Shown: one piece after another, positions 57,614 through 64,000 of the stretch | Numbering within the stretch: the stretch's first letter is position 1 | How the letters are laid out: each line of letters starts with the position of its first letter | Source: Gammaproteobacteria bacterium | GTDB lineage: Bacteria > Pseudomonadota > Gammaproteobacteria > Tethybacterales > Persebacteraceae | Assembly: GCA_965221835.1 (NCBI GenBank) | Contig: OZ244916.1 | Coordinates: 329,947 to 393,946, forward strand | Direction of reading: 5' to 3' | Length of the DNA stretch: 64,000 nt | The notes under the pieces: model-generated | Told to the model about the DNA's origin: nothing | Databases searched by the model: none | What the model saw: only the letters and a program-made list of their open reading frames with translations | Made by a program: the position numbers and the translations under genes

Positions 57614-59335
57614 ATGAAAAAGAAATCGGGATCGGCGGCGGAACCGCCGCATTTGGAAAATCTCGGCGACGGACCGGTGTTGCTGGCGGTTGCCGGACAA
57701 AAAATTGCGGGGGCGTGGCAGCGATTTTCGGATGCGTTGGCGGAAAATCCCGATGTCTGGCTTTCCATTGTCGGCGATGCGCAACAAAAACAAATGCAAA
57801 TCGCCGCACAACCGGTCAATCCGGCGGACGCCGGAAAACCCGACCGCATTTTTGCTTCCGCACAATGGCGCGAAAATCCGTTTTTTTCTTTTCTCCGCCG
57901 CAACTATCTTCTCGGCGGCGAAATGCTGGAAACCGCAATTGACCGCGCACCGCTTTCGGAAGAAGACAAAAAATTGTTGCGATTCGCCGCCGGACAATAT
58001 ATTGACGCAGTGTCGCCGGCGAATTTTCCGATGACAAATCCCGAAGTGCTGGATGAAACTATTAAAACCGGCGGGCAAAACTTTGTCGCCGGAATGCAAA
58101 ATTTTGCGGAAGATATGCAAAAAGGTGCAATCAGCAACACCGACAAAAACGCTTTCGCCCCCGGCAAAAATGTCGCTATCACGCCCGGCAAAGTTGTGTT
58201 TCAAAACGACATTATGCAGTTGATTGAATATGCACCGCAAACCGAAAAAGTGCATTCGCGTCCGCTGCTCATCGTGCCGCCTTGCATTAACAAATATTAT
58301 ATTTTGGATTTGCAACCGCGCAATTCGCTGGTCGCGCATGCGATTGCCGCCGGGCATCGGGTATTTTTGATTTCGTGGGTGAATGCGACTCCGGCACATC
58401 GCAGTTTGGATTGGGATTTTTATTTACGCGAAGGCGCGATGGCGGCGATTGAATCTGTGCGCGCGATTTCCGGACAAGCGAAAATAAATGCGCTTGGTTT
58501 TTGTATCGGCGGCACGATGCTGGCGGCGGCGTTGGCGGTGCTGGCGAACGAAAAACAACGTCCGGTACAATCGCTTACGCTGCTGGCGACGATGTTGGAT
58601 TTTTCCGATTCGGGCGACATCGGCGTTTTTATAGACGAAGCGCATGTTGCGGCACGGGAAAAAATGTTTGCCGATGGCGGATTGGTGGACGGCGAAGAGT
58701 TGGCGCACGGTTTTGCGGTGTTGCGTCCGAACGATCTGATTTGGCCATACATCGTCAACAACTATTATCGCGGACACAAACCGCAGGCGTTTGATTTGTT
58801 GTACTGGAATTCCGATTCAACGAATTTGCCGGGACCGATGTTTATGGAATATCAACGCGCGTTTTATCTGGAAAATCGTTTCGCAAAAAATACGGCGACA
58901 TTTTGCGGCGTGCGGGCGGATTTGGCGACGGTGAAACTTCCGCTATATGCAGTGTCGTGTGAGAAAGATCATATCGTGCCGTGGCATGCCGCTTTTTCAA
59001 GCGCGCAACTGCTGGCACACGGCGCAAAAACGCGTTTTATATTGTCGGCAAGCGGTCATATCGCCGGTATTATCAATCCGCCCGCCGCAAAAAAAGGATG
59101 GTGTCGAGCCGCACCGTTGTCGGCGGCGGCGGCAGATGAATGGCGGAATTCCGCCGAAGAGTTTTCCGGCGGCTGGTGGGACGATTGGCTGCAATGGCTT
59201 TCCGCACACAGCGGACGCAAAGTCGCCGCCCCCGCAAAACAAGGCAATGCCCGTTATGCACCGCTGGAAGATGCACCCGGTTCGTTCGTTTGCGCACCGA
59301 AATTTAATGTCAACAACAAAGGAATATTAAAATGA
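57614..59335 (+). CDS. phaC: Class I poly(R)-hydroxyalkanoate synthase
   Basis: Lipase-box GFCIGGT with the catalytic Cys, a conserved PhaC N-terminal region and the alpha/beta-hydrolase core. Start at MKKKSGS. Confidence 0.85.
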   Translation: MKKKSGSAAEPPHLENLGDGPVLLAVAGQKIAGAWQRFSDALAENPDVWLSIVGDAQQKQMQIAAQPVNPADAGKPDRIFASAQWRENPFFSFLRRNYLLGGEMLETAIDRAPLSEEDKKLLRFAAGQYIDAVSPANFPMTNPEVLDETIKTGGQNFVAGMQNFAEDMQKGAISNTDKNAFAPGKNVAITPGKVVFQNDIMQLIEYAPQTEKVHSRPLLIVPPCINKYYILDLQPRNSLVAHAIAAGHRVFLISWVNATPAHRSLDWDFYLREGAMAAIESVRAISGQAKINALGFCIGGTMLAAALAVLANEKQRPVQSLTLLATMLDFSDSGDIGVFIDEAHVAAREKMFADGGLVDGEELAHGFAVLRPNDLIWPYIVNNYYRGHKPQAFDLLYWNSDSTNLPGPMFMEYQRAFYLENRFAKNTATFCGVRADLATVKLPLYAVSCEKDHIVPWHAAFSSAQLLAHGAKTRFILSASGHIAGIINPPAAKKGWCRAAPLSAAAADEWRNSAEEFSGGWWDDWLQWLSAHSGRKVAAPAKQGNARYAPLEDAPGSFVCAPKFNVNNKGILK

Positions 59336-60507
59336 AAGAAATCGCAGTTGTCGCCGCATGCAGAACAGCGGTCGGAAAGTTTTCGGGCGCACTCGGCAAA
59401 ATCCCCGCCGCCGATTTGGGCGGCGAAGTCATTGCCGCATTGTTACGCCGTGCCGGTGTGGAATCGTCGGCGGTGAATGATGTCATTATGGGACAAGTTT
59501 TAACCGCCGGAGTCGGACAAAATCCCGCCCGACAAGCGGCAATGCGGGCGGGCATACCCCAAGAAACGCCGGCGATGACAATCAATCATGTTTGCGGCAG
59601 CGGATTGCGTGCCGTGCATCTCGCCGCACAGGCGATTGCGTGCGGCGATTCCGATGTTGTCGTCGCCGGCGGACAAGAAAATATGAGTGCAAGCCCGCAT
59701 GTGCTGAACAATTCGCGCAACGGCATTCGCCTCGGCAACGGCGTATTGACCGATACAATGGTATATGACGGTCTCACCGATGTTTTCAATCAATATCACA
59801 TGGGAATTACCGCCGAAAATGTCGCCGCCAAATATGGCGTTTCGCGTGAAGAACAAGACGCCTTCGCCGCCGCCTCGCAAAACAAGGCGGAATCTGCACA
59901 AAAGGCGGGGCATTTTGCGGACGAAATCATCCCAATTAAAATTCCGCAACGCAAAGATTTGATTTTTGAATCGGATGAATACATTCGCCTCGGTGCGACT
60001 GCCGAATCGCTTGCCGGATTGCGTCCGGCTTTTCGCAAAGATGGCACGGTAACCGCCGGTAATGCGTCCGGCATTAACGACGGTGCAGCGGCGGTTTTGC
60101 TGATGAGTACCGATTTCGCAAAAGCACAAAACATTAAACCGCTGGCGATTGTGCGGGCGTGTGCGACTTGCGGCGTAGACCCGGCATTGATGGGAATCGG
60201 TCCGGTGCCTGCCTCGCGAAAATGCCTGCAAAAAGCGGGATGGCGTGCCGAAGAGTTGGATTTAATGGAAATTAACGAGGCGTTTGCCGCACAGGCGATT
60301 GCGGTAAATCGCGAAATGCAGTGGGACGAATCGCGTGTTAATGTCTGCGGCGGGGCGATTGCAATTGGGCATCCTATCGGTGCATCGGGTGCGCGTATTT
60401 TAACGACTTTGTTGCACGAAATGGTGCGGCGTGATTCTAAAAAAGGGTTGGCATCTTTGTGTATCGGCGGCGGGATGGGAATTGCGTTGGCGGTTGAAAG
60501 AGTTTGA
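59332..60507 (+). CDS. phaA: Acetyl-CoA acetyltransferase (beta-ketothiolase)
   Basis: MKEIAVVAACRTAVGKFSGALG..., active-site NHVCGSGLRA and C-terminal GGGMGIALAVE. ATGA overlap with phaC. Confidence 0.9.
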   Translation: MKEIAVVAACRTAVGKFSGALGKIPAADLGGEVIAALLRRAGVESSAVNDVIMGQVLTAGVGQNPARQAAMRAGIPQETPAMTINHVCGSGLRAVHLAAQAIACGDSDVVVAGGQENMSASPHVLNNSRNGIRLGNGVLTDTMVYDGLTDVFNQYHMGITAENVAAKYGVSREEQDAFAAASQNKAESAQKAGHFADEIIPIKIPQRKDLIFESDEYIRLGATAESLAGLRPAFRKDGTVTAGNASGINDGAAAVLLMSTDFAKAQNIKPLAIVRACATCGVDPALMGIGPVPASRKCLQKAGWRAEELDLMEINEAFAAQAIAVNREMQWDESRVNVCGGAIAIGHPIGASGARILTTLLHEMVRRDSKKGLASLCIGGGMGIALAVERV

Positions 60508-60532
60508 GTTTTTACTTCCGGAGAAAATAAAA

Positions 60533-61276
60533 ATGACAAAAAAAACAGCATTGATTACAGGCGGATTGGGCGGCATCGGCACGGCAATTTGTCGCCGTTT
60601 GCGTAGCGAAGATTACGCAGTCGCCACAACATACATTCATAACGGTCCCCGTTTGGAAAAATGGCTTGCCGACCGCAAAGCGGAAGGTTATGAAGATTTC
60701 CATCCCTATTTGTGCGACATCACCCGCTGGGAAGATTGCGTTGCATTGGGCGAAAAAATAGAAAAAGATTTGGGCGGCGTGGATGTATTAGTCAACAACG
60801 CCGGAATCACCCGTGACGGTCTTTTTCGCAAAATGACTCCGCAAATGTGGGACGAAGTTATGGCGACAAATTTGGATAGCGTTTTTTATGTCAGCCGGCA
60901 GTTTGTGGAAGGAATGACAAAACGAGGTTTCGGTCGCATCATCAACATTTCTTCGGTCAACGGACAAAAAGGGCAATTCGGGCAAGTCAACTATTCGGCG
61001 GCAAAAGCGGGAATGCACGGTTTTACCAAGGCACTTGCGCAAGAAGTCGTCAAAAAAGGCGTGACGGTCAATACGATTTCGCCGGGCTATATCGGTACCG
61101 AAATGGTGAAAGCGATTGCCGAAGAAGTTCGCGAAAAAATTCGTGCGCAAATTCCGGTCGGTCGTTTCGGCGAACCAGACGAAATCGCCCATATCGTCTC
61201 ATTCCTCGCCGCCGAAGAATCCGCCTTCATCACCGGTGCAAACATCGCCGCAAACGGCGGACAGCACATGTTTTGA
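60533..61276 (+). CDS. phaB: Acetoacetyl-CoA reductase (SDR)
   Basis: ALITGGLGGIGTAICRRL (TGxxxGxG), NNAGITRD, catalytic YSAAKAG. SD ggaga. Confidence 0.85.
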   Translation: MTKKTALITGGLGGIGTAICRRLRSEDYAVATTYIHNGPRLEKWLADRKAEGYEDFHPYLCDITRWEDCVALGEKIEKDLGGVDVLVNNAGITRDGLFRKMTPQMWDEVMATNLDSVFYVSRQFVEGMTKRGFGRIINISSVNGQKGQFGQVNYSAAKAGMHGFTKALAQEVVKKGVTVNTISPGYIGTEMVKAIAEEVREKIRAQIPVGRFGEPDEIAHIVSFLAAEESAFITGANIAANGGQHMF

Positions 61277-61296
61277 TAGTTTGGATTTTGCAAAGA

Positions 61297-61336
61297 AAAT
61301 GGCGGACGGGATTTTATTTCCCGCCCGCCTTTTTTG
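61297..61336 (+). terminator. Rho-independent terminator after phaB
   Basis: ggcggacgggattttatttcccgcccgcc followed by ttttttgtttt. Confidence 0.5.
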
Positions 61337-61339
61337 TTT

Positions 61340-61535
61340 TAATATGCGGCGGAATATCGCTTCTTCCTCGCCCCCGACATTTGTCGGGGGCGAAACAAGT
61401 ACGGCGGAGTTTACTCCGCCCCGCAATTCCCGATTTCCCGCCGCAATCTATCGTTCGCGGAAAATTCCAGATTTTGCAGCAGTAAACTGCTGCGGCTGAT
61501 TTCGCCCCCGACAAATGTCAGGGGCGAGAAATTAA
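61340..61535. repeat. NIME-type repeat block / REP-like palindromes between phaB and the paralog-B surface protein gene
   Basis: gcccccgacatttgtcgggggcg and the inverted copy gcccccgacaaatgtcaggggcg flank ...ggcggagtttactccgcc.... Same family as 16285-16330 and 16890-16925. Confidence 0.5.
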
Positions 61536-61538
61536 GAA

Positions 61539-63848
61539 TCAGAAACGATGCACCGCATTTATCTGAAATCTTCCGCCATTCGCAAAATCTGCGGCATTTT
61601 CCCATCTAAATCCCGCAGACGGGTGAATCGTCCAGCGATTGTAATGCAAAACGCCTTCCAGATTTAACTCGTTTTGCGTTTCGGTTTGTATGCCGAAATC
61701 GGATTCTTTCCATTCGGAATGCATCCGGTAAACCGGCGACAAACTCCAAATCCCGCCTCGCAAATCCGCCGACAACGACAAATCATAATCGGCAGTTTTG
61801 CCCGCAATAGATTCCGAAAATGCCGCCGTCCAAATCTCGCCATTGAACTTCGCCCCGGATTCGTAATGCAAATCTCCGAATTTTCCGTCCGTATTCGTCT
61901 GTCCCGCCGACCAATACAAATCCCATTCTCCTATTTCGTATTTCGCCCGACCGCCGAAATGTGCAGAATATCCGCTTTCGCTAAATGCATAACCCGCATC
62001 GGGCGAGAACGAAAATGCCCGAACATCGCCGCTGTGGAAATAATGCACAATCGCAACCATCCCCAAAATTCCGCCGACAACGCCCGCAACTTTCGCACTT
62101 TCTTGTGCGTCGCCCGAACTCTCAACAACCAACAAAATCCGAGGCACTTCCAAATCGCCGTAAAATATCTGATTCTCGCCGCCGGCAACAACCACAACAA
62201 TCAGCCGGTCAGTTTCAACATCAAAACCGTCCGGCATCGCCGGAAATCCCTCACTGCCAAAAACTTGCAAATCCGCACAATCGGGAACCGCAAAACTATC
62301 AGAAGCGGCAGTTCTCCGCATCGCACAACCGTTCGCCGTGTCGCCATTTTCGGCAATTTGCGGTTGCGATTCTCTTGCGGCGGCAACAGCCGAATCGTTT
62401 CGTTCAAGCGGAATCCCGCAAATTTCCGCAACTTCTTGCCGGTTTTCGCTAAATGCAAATCCCGTTTGCCATCTTGCGTTTTCGCATGAGTCGGCGGTAT
62501 AAGTCGCCGAAATAAATGCCGACCCCGCCAAAACTTCGGCGGCAGAAACGCAAATACCGCCGCTATTCGCCGGTTCAAAAACTTGCATATTATCGCAATC
62601 TTCGGCAGTCCGAGGTTCGCATATTTTATCGGCATCGTTTAACGATTCCGTTTCGCCGCAAACCGGATTTACGCAAACGCCGTTTTCGGCAGTTTGTTCG
62701 CCCTCGCAATCCGAAGTCACAAGCGGACGACATTTGTCGGTTTCGCTATCGTCAAAAATCGGCATCGCAACGCCATAAACCGAAAAACATTCCGCATCGC
62801 CATCTGCAATTGTCGGCAGACGGCAGTTGCCGGTCGCTATTGCGGCGGAATCCATATCGTCAAAAATCGGAAATGCTGCCGGACATTCGCCCATTTCGCC
62901 CGCCGCCCGACACATTCCGTCATCGCCTAATATCGGAGTCGCTTCCATAGATGCACAATCCGATGCGTTTCTTTCGCACATTGTCGGATTTACTCTTGCG
63001 GAAAATCCGGTTAGGCAATCGCAGTTGCCGTTGTTTAGTTGCGTTGTTGTTGTATCGCAACTCGGATTTTCGCAAAGATTATTGACGACGGTTTGAATTC
63101 CGATGCAATCGTTATTTGCGGGCGTGCGAAGGTCGCAAGTAGACGGCGTATTTGCTTCATTAAAATATTCTGTGTTCAAACAATCCGATGCTTGCAATAA
63201 TCTGCAATTTACTTCGTCATCCGAAATATAACCGGTTGCACATTGAACCGGTTGAAATCCGAAAGCGTCTCTTGTTAGCGTGTCGGTTCTTTGCCAATTT
63301 GATTCAATAAGAAAAAATTGAGTTGCGGTTTTGTCCGCTTGCGGGGCATTTGTCGGGTCGGCGGCAGTCGGCAAAACATCGCCTTCTCCTCCCGCTACAA
63401 ATAATTCAGTGTTGCCCGCTTTTCTATATGTTCGTACGGAAATGCGAAATTCAATGGGTGCACCGGCAATATAGTTATCTCGTAAAATGACAACATCTCC
63501 CGCCCTTATTTCTCGTTTTGTGTCAAAGCCCGTGCAAACAGCATTAAATTCCGGCAAAACAGCGGTTATTGAAGGCAAATTCCCACCGTCTAATCGCCCG
63601 TCGCTTGTTCGTATACATGCAAACGCCAATATATGACTGCTTGCACCTGCAAGATCTCTCGAAATTTGCTGAATAGAATTATTAAAATTAAATGATTGCC
63701 TTGTCGTACTAAAAGCAATTATATTCTGCGTTCCAACATCGTAAAAAACTCTCGCACTTGCGGGAGTCGTAACTTGTGCATTTGCGGATGTAAATCCCGC
63801 CGCAAAAAAGACGGCGAAAAGAATGATTTTATTGATTGTATTTTTCAT
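61539..63848 (-). CDS. Secreted Cys-rich surface/outer-membrane protein, paralog B (769 aa): signal peptide, Cys-rich central region, C-terminal ~160-aa domain ending ...NAVHRF
   Basis: SD gaggag before MKNTINKIILFAVFFAAGFTSANA-QV. The central region has over 40 Cys residues. The C-terminal domain is colinear with paralog A (1423..2868) and is again preceded by a hydrophobic Gly-rich segment (AKVAGVVGGILGMVAIV). Confidence 0.6.
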   Translation of the reverse strand: MKNTINKIILFAVFFAAGFTSANAQVTTPASARVFYDVGTQNIIAFSTTRQSFNFNNSIQQISRDLAGASSHILAFACIRTSDGRLDGGNLPSITAVLPEFNAVCTGFDTKREIRAGDVVILRDNYIAGAPIEFRISVRTYRKAGNTELFVAGGEGDVLPTAADPTNAPQADKTATQFFLIESNWQRTDTLTRDAFGFQPVQCATGYISDDEVNCRLLQASDCLNTEYFNEANTPSTCDLRTPANNDCIGIQTVVNNLCENPSCDTTTTQLNNGNCDCLTGFSARVNPTMCERNASDCASMEATPILGDDGMCRAAGEMGECPAAFPIFDDMDSAAIATGNCRLPTIADGDAECFSVYGVAMPIFDDSETDKCRPLVTSDCEGEQTAENGVCVNPVCGETESLNDADKICEPRTAEDCDNMQVFEPANSGGICVSAAEVLAGSAFISATYTADSCENARWQTGFAFSENRQEVAEICGIPLERNDSAVAAARESQPQIAENGDTANGCAMRRTAASDSFAVPDCADLQVFGSEGFPAMPDGFDVETDRLIVVVVAGGENQIFYGDLEVPRILLVVESSGDAQESAKVAGVVGGILGMVAIVHYFHSGDVRAFSFSPDAGYAFSESGYSAHFGGRAKYEIGEWDLYWSAGQTNTDGKFGDLHYESGAKFNGEIWTAAFSESIAGKTADYDLSLSADLRGGIWSLSPVYRMHSEWKESDFGIQTETQNELNLEGVLHYNRWTIHPSAGFRWENAADFANGGRFQINAVHRF

Positions 63849-64000
63849 GGTTTTGCTCCTCTGATTAAAAATGTCTGCGAAAGTATAACACACATTCCGC
63901 CCGAATTTGCAAAAAAAACGGGCGGGTTCGGCAAAAAATGCGTAAATCGCTGATTTCCCGCCTTTTTGCGGCAAACTGCTGGCTGAAAAAAGGATTTTAT

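Noticed and set aside
57404-58399. 331-aa minus-strand ORF, and similar long antisense ORFs (e.g. 24600..25313, 24683..25435, 52688..53362, 49346..50356, 46289..47011, 47366..48136)
   Set aside because: All lie opposite strongly supported genes (phaC, rne, soxA, soxB, the giant adhesin) and have Arg/Cys-rich low-complexity translations characteristic of high-GC antisense frames.
61116-61499. 127-aa and other small ORFs across NIME blocks (also 16211..16477, 16524..16889, 17146..17343)
   Set aside because: Composed of repeat-derived low-complexity sequence (Arg/Gly/Pro-rich) spanning dRS3 and RS units. No SD or conservation signal.

Overview
This 64 kb window looks like a Neisseria-type (Neisseriaceae) chromosome. 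It is GC-rich and full of dRS3 (ATTCCC-N8-GGGAAT) / NIME repeat arrays, and it carries one exact 12-mer AT-DUS. The conserved backbone genes are carA, carB, greA, a pepA-like aminopeptidase, aroD, pepP, a ubiH-family monooxygenase, a rhodanese, tRNA-Lys, murJ, rluC, rne, a sodB-like SOD, ribF, holA, lptE, leuS, a ClC channel, cytochrome b561, recG, ilvD and moeA. They are interleaved with accessory modules. (1) An 11 kb gene encodes a 3653-aa secreted protein with an autotransporter-like C-terminus. Its middle holds about 9 near-identical 657/714-bp tandem repeats plus older diverged ~330-bp repeats. The first 990 bp of the window carry the 5' end of a second paralogous giant gene. (2) Two paralogous secreted proteins (501 and 811 aa) share a ~160-aa C-terminal Phe-terminated domain. 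An orphan inverted 3' fragment of one of them sits inside a NIME array next to a G14 tract. (3) A soxBDAG heterotetrameric sarcosine-oxidase-like operon is translationally coupled to an N-carbamoylputrescine-amidase homolog, followed by a class-III aminotransferase. (4) A phaCAB polyhydroxyalkanoate operon is present. Several intergenic regions carry unusual tandem repeat arrays (ribF–holA, aguB–aminotransferase, the rne 3' end, and iteron-like repeats upstream of the giant gene). Coordinates and starts were worked out by eye from the six-frame track and raw sequence. No similarity searches were run.
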